The notes below the pieces were generated by a model. It was given only the letters and a program-made list of their open reading frames with translations, did no database searches and had not been told where the DNA came from. This document shows, piece after piece, positions 35,318 to 42,301 of a stretch of DNA of 54,072 nt (position 1 is the stretch's first letter; the number at the start of each line of letters is the position of its first letter). Source of the stretch: Syntrophobacterales bacterium Delta_01. GTDB lineage: Bacteria; Desulfobacterota; Syntrophobacteria; Syntrophobacterales; Syntrophobacteraceae. The DNA lies in NCBI GenBank assembly GCA_001603845.1, contig LUZZ01000012.1, positions 1 through 54,072 on the forward strand. Reading direction: 5' to 3'. Made by a program: the position numbers and the translations under genes.

Positions 35318-37249
35318 TCACTTGACGGCCTCGGCCGATGTCCCGTAAAGGGCGTTTCCAAGGCTGCGAAGCGGCCGAAGCCCGTAAAGCCTCCCCTGGC
35401 GATACACAATCACCTGCTCCTTGTCGCAAAAAGACCTTCCGAACTTTTCCCGGATCAGCATTTCACCGCGGTTCAGGACCGAGCATACGGAGCAGTCGTT
35501 CCGCGATGCGGCCATATTCAGGAACAAAAGGGGAAGATGAATTCCCATCTTCGAGCAGGCACGGACCAGGTCGGCGGTCTCCTGGAAGGCCATCTCCGTG
35601 AGGATGGCCACGGCCACCAGGGCAGAGCGGCCGGGATCGGCCAGGATCGATTTCATGTGCTTGAGTTCCTGCGATATCTTCACGAGCCGCCGGGAGATTC
35701 CGGGCAGGCGGAACACCGCCCTGTACTTCAGGAACAGTCCAAAAAAGACTTTGAGCCACTGGTCGATGAGTTCAGGGAGTTCGAGCAGCCTGATGAGGTG
35801 GCCGGTTGGAGCGGAATCGATGACGACGATGTCGTATTTCCCCTCCGCCAAAGCTCCCATGACCCCGGTGAGCGCGATGACCTCATCGGTGCCGGGCGGT
35901 GAGAGGTCGAAAATCCTATCCATCACCTCGTGGTCGAAAGCCAGTTCGAAGTCGGGCAAAGCCGATTTAAGGAATCGCTCGCAGTCCGTTCTGTATTGCA
36001 TCTTCAGGGAGTCGAACTCCGCCCGGGCGTCGATTTCCACTGCGGTGAGCCGAGGAGATACCCGTACAGGGAGAGGTCCCACCTCGATTCCCAGGCAGGC
36101 CGACAGAGAATGGGCGGGATCGACGGAAACGAGGAAGACTTTCCTGGCGCCTTGGTCCTCCGCCAGGTGCAGGGCCGTTGCGCATGCGAGCGTGGTCTTG
36201 CCCGTTCCGCCCTTTCCGGCAAAAAGCAAGAGTTCCTTTGCATGCAGCGCGGTCCTTACCCCTTCCACGTGAACCGGCGCTTCATGGCAGGTACCGCAGG
36301 AGATCGGCGTCACCCTGGAAATTTTCGTCACCCCCGTCCAGAACGAGTAAAGGTTTTCCCCGCCGGGGGCCTCGGGCGCATGGAAGGGCATTCCCCAAAG
36401 GACACACCCGGAAAAAGCGTCCGAACTTGCAATTGCGTTGAGGTTTTCACTCTGCAGGGCGTAAATGTTCGAACACAGCGGGCAGGAGCCCGGAGACCGG
36501 AGCTTGTTGACCACGATATCGGCAACCGGCGCTCCCAAGCCGTGGAGACGCTCCACCAATGCCGTCGTCTCGCTGATGCTCAATTCCTCGGCGAGCATGA
36601 CCGGCACGAAACACGAACGAACCGGGTCCCGGAGCAGGGTGTGTACCCGGTTGACCCTCTCGGACAGTTCCATGAGGAACCGGTCAAGCTCGTCCGGGCG
36701 GTAGGAACCGCTGAATGCCCTTTTCATGTAACGGTGTTTGGCCAGGAGCGCATCCAATGCCTTAAGCCACCCGCGGAGCAAATCGGGCATTTCCAGGAGC
36801 CGTATCGTGTGCCCGGTCGGCGCGGTATCCACGATGATGCGGTCATGGCCGGAATCGTCCACCCACCGGGAGATTTCGAGTAGCGCCGTGAGTTCATCCA
36901 TGCCCGGAAGGGAAAGGTCCAGGAAGCCGTTGATGTCTTCTTCGTCCAGGAACGTGCCGCGCAACGCAATCTCCCGGAGTTTGCGGCTGTGCTCGGCCTG
37001 GAATGCCGCCAGGCATTTTCGTGCATCCAGCTCCATGATCTCCAGGTTGGCGGGAAGATGGGCGTCGGCGAGGCTGTCGGTCAACGAGTGAGCGGGATCG
37101 GTGGAAAGGAGCAGGAAGGATTTCCCCGGAGAACCCACCGCCGAATGAAGGGCCGTCGCCGCGGCACAGGTGGTCTTCCCGACTCCGCCCTTCCCCCCGA
37201 AAAGCAACAGGCGCAGACCGGAATCCTGCAGAAAGGAGGGCTCGGTCAC
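35318..37249 (-). CDS. fused tandem ArsA/Get3(TRC40)-family P-loop ATPase (pseudo-dimer) embedded in the gvp operon
   Basis: Two modules, each with GKGG(V/T)GKTT, DPAHS, D(T/S)APTGH.IRLL and a downstream CxxC (CPLC, CSVC). The GTG start overlaps the gvpG stop (GTGA). Confidence 0.85.
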   Translation of the reverse strand: MTEPSFLQDSGLRLLLFGGKGGVGKTTCAAATALHSAVGSPGKSFLLLSTDPAHSLTDSLADAHLPANLEIMELDARKCLAAFQAEHSRKLREIALRGTFLDEEDINGFLDLSLPGMDELTALLEISRWVDDSGHDRIIVDTAPTGHTIRLLEMPDLLRGWLKALDALLAKHRYMKRAFSGSYRPDELDRFLMELSERVNRVHTLLRDPVRSCFVPVMLAEELSISETTALVERLHGLGAPVADIVVNKLRSPGSCPLCSNIYALQSENLNAIASSDAFSGCVLWGMPFHAPEAPGGENLYSFWTGVTKISRVTPISCGTCHEAPVHVEGVRTALHAKELLLFAGKGGTGKTTLACATALHLAEDQGARKVFLVSVDPAHSLSACLGIEVGPLPVRVSPRLTAVEIDARAEFDSLKMQYRTDCERFLKSALPDFELAFDHEVMDRIFDLSPPGTDEVIALTGVMGALAEGKYDIVVIDSAPTGHLIRLLELPELIDQWLKVFFGLFLKYRAVFRLPGISRRLVKISQELKHMKSILADPGRSALVAVAILTEMAFQETADLVRACSKMGIHLPLLFLNMAASRNDCSVCSVLNRGEMLIREKFGRSFCDKEQVIVYRQGRLYGLRPLRSLGNALYGTSAEAVK

Positions 37250-37506
37250 TCCCGTTCCCCCTCATCGCGGGCACGGACCGGCCGTCCTTCTATTTCGTCC
37301 AGGCGATCGAGAAGGTCTTTTTCCAGGATATCGAATTGATCGCTCGTGATTTTCTCCGTCTCCAGCATCATGTAAAGCTCACTGAGCCGCGCGATGATAT
37401 TTTCGGTTTCGGATGCCAATTCCTGGCGGGCGGCGTTGTGCAGTTCGCGGAAAATCCAAAGGATGCTTGAGACCGGAAAAAGCAGGACGTCATCGACGAT
37501 AAACAT
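37246..37506 (-). CDS. gvpG: gas vesicle protein GvpG
   Basis: 86 aa from ATG 37506. MFIVDDVLLFPVSSILWIFRELHNAA...LSELYMMLETEKITSDQFDILEKDLLDRL matches the GvpG pattern. Confidence 0.85.
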   Translation of the reverse strand: MFIVDDVLLFPVSSILWIFRELHNAARQELASETENIIARLSELYMMLETEKITSDQFDILEKDLLDRLDEIEGRPVRARDEGERE

Positions 37507-38320
37507 TCCGTGTTCCCCCTCGGTTCGGCAGGCCTTTCCGGGACGCCGTCGCGAGCGGCGGCGGACGGAAGTCTCGTTTTCCCCCGGCACGGGGGCTGAG
37601 CCGGATATCGACAAAGTTGTGGGGCGCCCAGGGGCCGTTGTAGTCGAACGCAAAGCTGTTATCGAAAAGCTTTGCCGCGTCGAACACGCGCTGCTCGAAC
37701 TCCGGCAGTTTCCCTCGCTCTACCAGGCAGGCCACGTTCATCACTTCGCGCTCGTTTCTCGGGCTGTTCCGTTTGGTTTCGGCGCAACACGCCGCGAGCA
37801 CAGTCTCGACGTTATCGGCGTGGACCTCCCGGTCTGCAGTGAGGATTCGCTCAAAAACACGCCCGATTTCGATCTTGTCCGCCCTGGTCGGTTCGCTCCG
37901 GCTGCCGAAAAAGCGGTCGCGCACGGCACGCAGCTCGGAATGGGTAAGAACGAAGTACTCGAAAATGTCCGGCACGTCCCACGTTACACGGAGCCCCATT
38001 TCCACCTTGTCCGCAACGCGCTGCAGTTGCTCGCAAAAGGCGGTCCGGTTGCGCGAGAGGATTTTTTGAACCGCCGCGGGGCCGTCCGCAACGATGCCGA
38101 AGCTCATGGGCAAGGGCGTGGATTCAGCCATGAGTTTGCCGAGGACTTCCTGGTGGGCCGCCAGGTTGCGGCGTTCGGGGCGGATTTCCATCTCCGATAC
38201 GTCGCTGACCACGGCCGCGATCACGCCGTCGGAGATCGTATAGACACTGCCGCCGCCGATGCCGAACGGGCCGTAGGTCCGCTCACCGGCACTTATGACG
38301 GCATAAAGATATCTTCCCAT
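37490..38320 (-). CDS. GvpF/GvpL-family gas vesicle protein (paralogue 1)
   Basis: GRYLYAVISAGE...GVIAAVVSDV...RRNLAAHQEVL...FDYNGPWAPHNF. The start is 38320 or 38344. Overlaps the gvpG start by 17 nt. Confidence 0.88.
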   Translation of the reverse strand: MGRYLYAVISAGERTYGPFGIGGGSVYTISDGVIAAVVSDVSEMEIRPERRNLAAHQEVLGKLMAESTPLPMSFGIVADGPAAVQKILSRNRTAFCEQLQRVADKVEMGLRVTWDVPDIFEYFVLTHSELRAVRDRFFGSRSEPTRADKIEIGRVFERILTADREVHADNVETVLAACCAETKRNSPRNEREVMNVACLVERGKLPEFEQRVFDAAKLFDNSFAFDYNGPWAPHNFVDIRLSPRAGGKRDFRPPPLATASRKGLPNRGGTRNVYRR

Positions 38321-38375
38321 GCTTCCTGTCTTTCTTCCCGCCATGTCTACAGCATCCTTTCAGCAGGCCCGGGCG

Positions 38376-38576
38376 CTACGGCTGGTCGGAGGTCCCCTTG
38401 TCGGCAGGAGGGGCCTCAAGCCTTTGATACAAGTGAAGGGATTTCAGTTTGCCCTGCTCCATCCTGATCTCCAGGAGCCTGCCGCATACGTAGCACTTTG
38501 CCTGCCCTTCGTAATCGGCATACACCTCTTCATCGAGTTCCAGCTTGTGGCCACACGAAAGACAGTTGATCTTCAT
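38376..38576 (-). CDS. zinc-ribbon miniprotein (unknown function)
   Basis: 66 aa with two CxxC pairs (CLSCG ... CYVCG). The ATG overlaps the stop of the upstream ORF (ATGA). Confidence 0.6.
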   Translation of the reverse strand: MKINCLSCGHKLELDEEVYADYEGQAKCYVCGRLLEIRMEQGKLKSLHLYQRLEAPPADKGTSDQP

Positions 38577-38815
38577 CTCCGGTTCTCCTTGCTCCTATGC
38601 TTGCCTTCCGCCCTGTTGCCGCCGCCGAGGTGCCGGGACCACAGGCGCGCGAGCCACGCCCGCCGCATCTGCCTTACTGAAAGGGCTGCATTCTCGAAAA
38701 AGATGCGTCCCTTATCGATTTGCACCAGCGGCAGCCCCGTGGACGGGAAACAGGCATGCAAGCCCTTGATGTTTCGGCCGGTACGGATGTGAGCGGAACT
38801 TTTGAGAGTGAGCAT
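38573..38815 (-). CDS. hypothetical 80-aa protein
   Basis: ATG 38815 preceded by GGGGGAAGG. GC-rich third codon positions. Basic C-terminus. No recognisable family. Confidence 0.45.
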   Translation of the reverse strand: MLTLKSSAHIRTGRNIKGLHACFPSTGLPLVQIDKGRIFFENAALSVRQMRRAWLARLWSRHLGGGNRAEGKHRSKENRR

Positions 38816-38916
38816 GGTCCTTCCCCCGGTGCAAAAAGTATAAAAGACGCGGGAGGCGAGTGATATTTCCCCGGCCCGCGAACATCGGCGCGGATCGGAT
38901 TGTCTATTGAAATTCC

Positions 38917-39243
38917 TCAATATTTGAGCCTGAAGCCCGCCGTCTCGTTTTGGGCCGGCCGGGTTCCGGACTCTCCGGCCTGCGGGACGAAGGGGTTCAC
39001 GCTCCTATCTTCCCTAACAACTTCCAGAATGGCCGCCATTTCGATTTCAATGTCCAGGAGGCGAGCGTCTATGTTCTTTACCCGGCTCATTGCGCTTTCC
39101 CTTTCTTTCGTGCGCCGGAACTTTTCCATTTCGAGGGAACACAGCCTCATGAACGCTTTGTATGGGAGGATCGCCTCTTGTGGCCTCCCCGAGTGGGAGC
39201 GAATGTCTTGCAGGCCTTTTACGGGCCTTACAGGAATGGGCAT
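38917..39243 (-). CDS. hypothetical 108-aa protein directly downstream of gvpN
   Basis: AAGGAGGAAG sits between the gvpN stop (39257) and ATG 39243. Charged helical core LEMEKFRRTKERESAMSRVKNIDARLLDIEIEMAAI. Confidence 0.6.
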   Translation of the reverse strand: MPIPVRPVKGLQDIRSHSGRPQEAILPYKAFMRLCSLEMEKFRRTKERESAMSRVKNIDARLLDIEIEMAAILEVVREDRSVNPFVPQAGESGTRPAQNETAGFRLKY

Positions 39244-39256
39244 GTTCTTCCTCCTT

Positions 39257-40306
39257 CTATTGCTTTTGCGCCGCCGCCTGTGGATGCCTCGCGCCCCCTC
39301 CGGGACGCTGCCCGCAAACCTTCTCGATGATTTCATCGACCTTTTGCAGCATGATGGACTGACCGTCGCGCGTAACCTTGGCGGTATCCGTGGTGAGAAC
39401 GTCGCGGCAAACCCACCGGAACACGGGATTGTCCGCCTGCGCCCTGTCGCCGCGGAGTGCAAGGACCCTGGCGACCACGATACAGGCCCGGATGGTGGGA
39501 CGGTGGTTGTTTACGCCCAGGGAGCGCAACTCTCTCACGATGTCCACGATGGTTGCGGCATCCGTTCGCGGGATGTTCGATTTGGCCGTCACAATCTGGA
39601 TTTCGGTCTCGCGATCGTAATGCTCCAGGTTGATGGTGATGAGCCTGTCCAAGAGGGCGTCCTGTGTCTTGTGCACCCCGGCGTACTCTTCCGGGTTGGA
39701 GGTAAAGATCGCCGTGAAGTCGGGATGAACCTCGAGATATCCCTCCCCTGATCTTCGCAGTTTCGGCAAGTTCAGGATGCGTTCCGAGAGCACGCTGAGA
39801 AAAGCGTTGTTTGCCTCGGGCCTCGAACGGTTGAACTCGTCGTAGATCAGCGTATCGCCGTTCTGGCAGGCCATGGTGAGCCGGTTGTCCACCCAGAAGC
39901 TCTTCATCTCCTCTTCCGTTTTCAAAACAGAGTGGATGAAATTGTCTATCAATTTCGACTTGCGGTAGCCGGCATCGCGCCCCACAAGATCGGAGCTTCC
40001 AAACTCATCGTCGCCGTGAATGAGGGTGACCGGCCGGCCGAGCTGGGCTGCGACGTGGAATGCCAGCGTGGTCTTCCCCGTTCCCGCGGGGCCCGAAAAA
40101 TGGACCGGGTAGCCCGCCGCGATGTAGGCCAGCGCACGCTCCGTCACGTGTTGCACGTACGGGGTGGAGACGAAGCCTTCGCCGGCCTCCGGCAGGATGA
40201 TGTCTCCTTCGGGCTGAACTCTTATCGTTTCGGCGGACAGGACTCTGAGGTTTTCTTTTTGCATCTTCCCATTGCTCCATTCGCGCGATTCGGGTTGCGT
40301 TTCCAT
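39257..40306 (-). CDS. gvpN: gas vesicle protein GvpN (MoxR-like AAA+ ATPase)
   Basis: 349 aa from ATG 40306. Walker A HFSGPAGTGKTT, Walker B LIYDEFNR. GvpN-typical length and context. Confidence 0.92.
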   Translation of the reverse strand: METQPESREWSNGKMQKENLRVLSAETIRVQPEGDIILPEAGEGFVSTPYVQHVTERALAYIAAGYPVHFSGPAGTGKTTLAFHVAAQLGRPVTLIHGDDEFGSSDLVGRDAGYRKSKLIDNFIHSVLKTEEEMKSFWVDNRLTMACQNGDTLIYDEFNRSRPEANNAFLSVLSERILNLPKLRRSGEGYLEVHPDFTAIFTSNPEEYAGVHKTQDALLDRLITINLEHYDRETEIQIVTAKSNIPRTDAATIVDIVRELRSLGVNNHRPTIRACIVVARVLALRGDRAQADNPVFRWVCRDVLTTDTAKVTRDGQSIMLQKVDEIIEKVCGQRPGGGARHPQAAAQKQ

Positions 40307-40644
40307 TACAAAGGCACCCATCCACGGCCCCGGCAGCGCAGGCATGCCATGGCGGAAGCCGAGCGGTCGTCGCCGCTCCCCCCACATTCCGGGCATCTCC
40401 GGACAGGACCGGCGGGCGCGGGCACAAACCCCTTGCCCCCGCAAACGGTGCAGGTGAGGGTCTTGACGGCCCCGGTGCCCCTGCAGTGGGCACACCGCAC
40501 GGAACCTTCCCGTACGGAGACGACCTTCCTTCCCCCGCAAACGCAGCAGGTGGATCGCCAGGACATGATGCCGAAGGGGTCCCTCCCGCTGCCGCCGCAG
40601 AAGGAGCACGAAACTCGAACGGTTCCTGTGCGCTCGTCCGCCAT
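40306..40644 (-). CDS. stand-alone DnaJ-CR-type zinc-finger protein (6 x CxxCxGxG)
   Basis: CSFCGGSG, CCVCGGRK, CAHCRGTG, CTVCGGKG, CPECGGSG and CLRCRGRG within 112 aa. The TAA stop overlaps the gvpN ATG (TAATG). Confidence 0.8.
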   Translation of the reverse strand: MADERTGTVRVSCSFCGGSGRDPFGIMSWRSTCCVCGGRKVVSVREGSVRCAHCRGTGAVKTLTCTVCGGKGFVPAPAGPVRRCPECGGSGDDRSASAMACLRCRGRGWVPL

Positions 40645-40691
40645 TCCATCCCCCCGTGGCCGTTGCCCGCTCGGATCGCCTTCGTGCCTGC

Positions 40692-41714
40692 TCAGTGAGA
40701 AAGCTTACCCTTTTTGGAGGGCTTCTTTTCCTCCCTGGCCTGGCTTTGTTCGGACGGAACAATCGCCTGGACGGGTTCCTGCACGGCCTGAGGTTCTACC
40801 TTTTGTTCAGCTTGGGGCTCCCCCTTCTGTTCAACTTGAGGCTCGACCTTTTGCTCAACTTGAGGTTCCACCTTCTGCTCGGCCTTACGCTCCGCATCAA
40901 ACCCTGCCTGCCACTCCGATTCCCGGCGATTTTGCTCCGTATCGGCCATCTCCCGTGGTTCGGCTTTTTGCAGGGGCAAAGAGCTGGGAGGCGTCGTACC
41001 CAACCACGCCCGGCGGGCGCCCGCAACTTCCGAGGCGAATTCCTGCCGCATGTCGGTCACCACTTTTTTCATTCCGGTTACAAAGGCCGCGCGGTCCGTC
41101 CTGGCTTTTTCGATCATGCTCCCGTAAGCCAGGCGCTGGTCCGCAAGTTCCCCGTGACAGCGGGTCTTCATTGCCGAAACGGCACCTTTTATGCCGGAGA
41201 TGAAGTTCAGGCGGCTTCTTCGGGAGCTTTTCGCCATTTGGGCGTTAGTATTCCTGACGTCTTTACGCATCCCGGCGACATTGGCTTTCAGATCGGAAAG
41301 AAACGCCAGCCGGTTTGCCCGGTCGCTTTTCGCCCCCTTTTGAAGCGAACGGCGAAAACCCGCCTGCATGCCCGATACCTCGGCCTTGAGGCCGGATACA
41401 AAAGCCGCTCTCTCCCGTTTGGTTTCCATGGACATTCTTGCGTGCGCGTCACGGATGGATGCAAGCTCCCCCCGAGACTCGGCCTTCAGCAGGGACACCG
41501 CGGTACCGATGCCGGCCAGAAACGCCAGCCGGTCGTTCCTGGTTGGCTTCGCCATCCGGGTATGAGCATTGTGAAACTCCTTCGCCATCGCCGCTACCGC
41601 CTCTCTGCGCTCCTTGGCGGAGCGGACGATATCATTCGAAAGTTCCCGGCGCGCTCCCCGCAAGCCGTTGATTTCACTGCGCAGGCGGGCCATGTCGTCT
41701 GTCAACATCCCCAT
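40692..41714 (-). CDS. GvpC-like repeat protein (putative outer-surface gas vesicle protein)
   Basis: 340 aa immediately after gvpA. Five R..R(L/A)(A/N)F(L/V/I).G(I/L/M)K..V..M units spaced 40/33/33/40 aa. Acidic/Pro-rich repetitive tail. Confidence 0.65.
   Translation of the reverse strand: MGMLTDDMARLRSEINGLRGARRELSNDIVRSAKERREAVAAMAKEFHNAHTRMAKPTRNDRLAFLAGIGTAVSLLKAESRGELASIRDAHARMSMETKRERAAFVSGLKAEVSGMQAGFRRSLQKGAKSDRANRLAFLSDLKANVAGMRKDVRNTNAQMAKSSRRSRLNFISGIKGAVSAMKTRCHGELADQRLAYGSMIEKARTDRAAFVTGMKKVVTDMRQEFASEVAGARRAWLGTTPPSSLPLQKAEPREMADTEQNRRESEWQAGFDAERKAEQKVEPQVEQKVEPQVEQKGEPQAEQKVEPQAVQEPVQAIVPSEQSQAREEKKPSKKGKLSH
40788..40883 (-). repeat. 4 x 24-nt imperfect in-frame tandem repeat encoding (K/A)(V/G)EPQ(V/A)EQ units
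   Basis: Units at 40788-40811, 40812-40835, 40836-40859 and 40860-40883. Confidence 0.85.
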
Positions 41715-41762
41715 CGTCTTCCTCCTTAGGGTTTGCCATCCGAGACCTCGGCTTCGGGTTCC

Positions 41763-41802
41763 CCGACGGGCAAGGGCTGCCGGGGCAGCCCTTGCTCGTC
41801 GG
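41763..41802 (-). promoter_or_regulatory. long GC-rich stem-loop between gvpA and the GvpC-like gene (attenuator/RNA-stabiliser candidate)
   Basis: ccgacg.gcaagggctgcc / ggcagcccttgc.cgtcgg, ~18 bp with one mismatch and a 4-nt loop. No U-tract. Confidence 0.55.
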
Positions 41803-41826
41803 CCGGGAACCCTTTGCAGGTCATAC

Positions 41827-42045
41827 TTAGGCTGGTGCAGCGGCGCTGGCCGTCAGACCAATGGCTTCAGCGTACTTCAAGTAGGTTTCGACCGAGGCGA
41901 TCACGACGCGGGCCTCAATGGACAGGAGTTCGATCCCGACCAAAGAAACCTTCGCCCAGGCATCGATCACGATGCCCTTGTCCAAAATGCGATCCACCAC
42001 TTCCGCCAGACTCGATGAATCTGTGGATTTCTGAACTTTTGCCAT
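41827..42045 (-). CDS. gvpA: major gas vesicle structural protein GvpA
   Basis: 72 aa. [55 protein letters not shown] is near-canonical GvpA. AAGGAGG lies 8 nt before the ATG. Confidence 0.97.
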   Translation of the reverse strand: MAKVQKSTDSSSLAEVVDRILDKGIVIDAWAKVSLVGIELLSIEARVVIASVETYLKYAEAIGLTASAAAPA

Positions 42046-42129
42046 GAATAAGACCTCCTTTGAAATTTTCAGATTCCATCAGCGCACTGATACCCTACAG
42101 CCTGTGGGCATGCCCACTGATTCGCCTTT

Positions 42130-42146
42130 AGCCAGAGACATGCCAA
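42130..42146 (-). promoter_or_regulatory. sigma-54 (-24/-12) promoter candidate for gvpA
   Basis: Minus-strand TTGGCATGTCTCTGGCT versus consensus YTGGCACG-N4-TTGCW, with GG and GC correctly spaced. About 85-100 nt upstream of the gvpA ATG. A sigma-54 activator is encoded in the locus. Confidence 0.6.
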
Positions 42147-42301
42147 GTTCAAAGGAAAGGTCAAGCCCTTGTAAGATACTTAAATTACAGGAAAACATAT
42201 CGGAGCCCCCCCATGAAGCCCCCCCCTTCGGTAAGGGCTGCCATGGACAAGGTTCCATATACTAGGGAAAAAAAACCCCTTTGCCCCTGCCGGGCGGACC
42301 C

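Noticed and set aside
35318-37249. Annotating the tandem ArsA-like ATPase as an arsenite pump subunit.
   Set aside because: There is no arsB/arsC/arsR/arsD in the window. The gene is translationally coupled to gvpG inside the gvp operon. The CxxC position matches Get3-type zinc sites rather than anything I can align to the ArsA metalloid site.
40307-40762. N-terminal 152-aa extension of gvpN (ORF 39257-40762).
   Set aside because: It is Arg-rich off-frame text overlapping the strongly patterned six-repeat CxxCxGxG ORF. The TAATG junction at 40304-40308 gives a normal GvpN length.
40788-40883. The tandem repeats as a possible CRISPR-like array.
   Set aside because: The units are contiguous 24-nt in-frame coding repeats without spacers. 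No CRISPR array or cas genes occur anywhere in the window.
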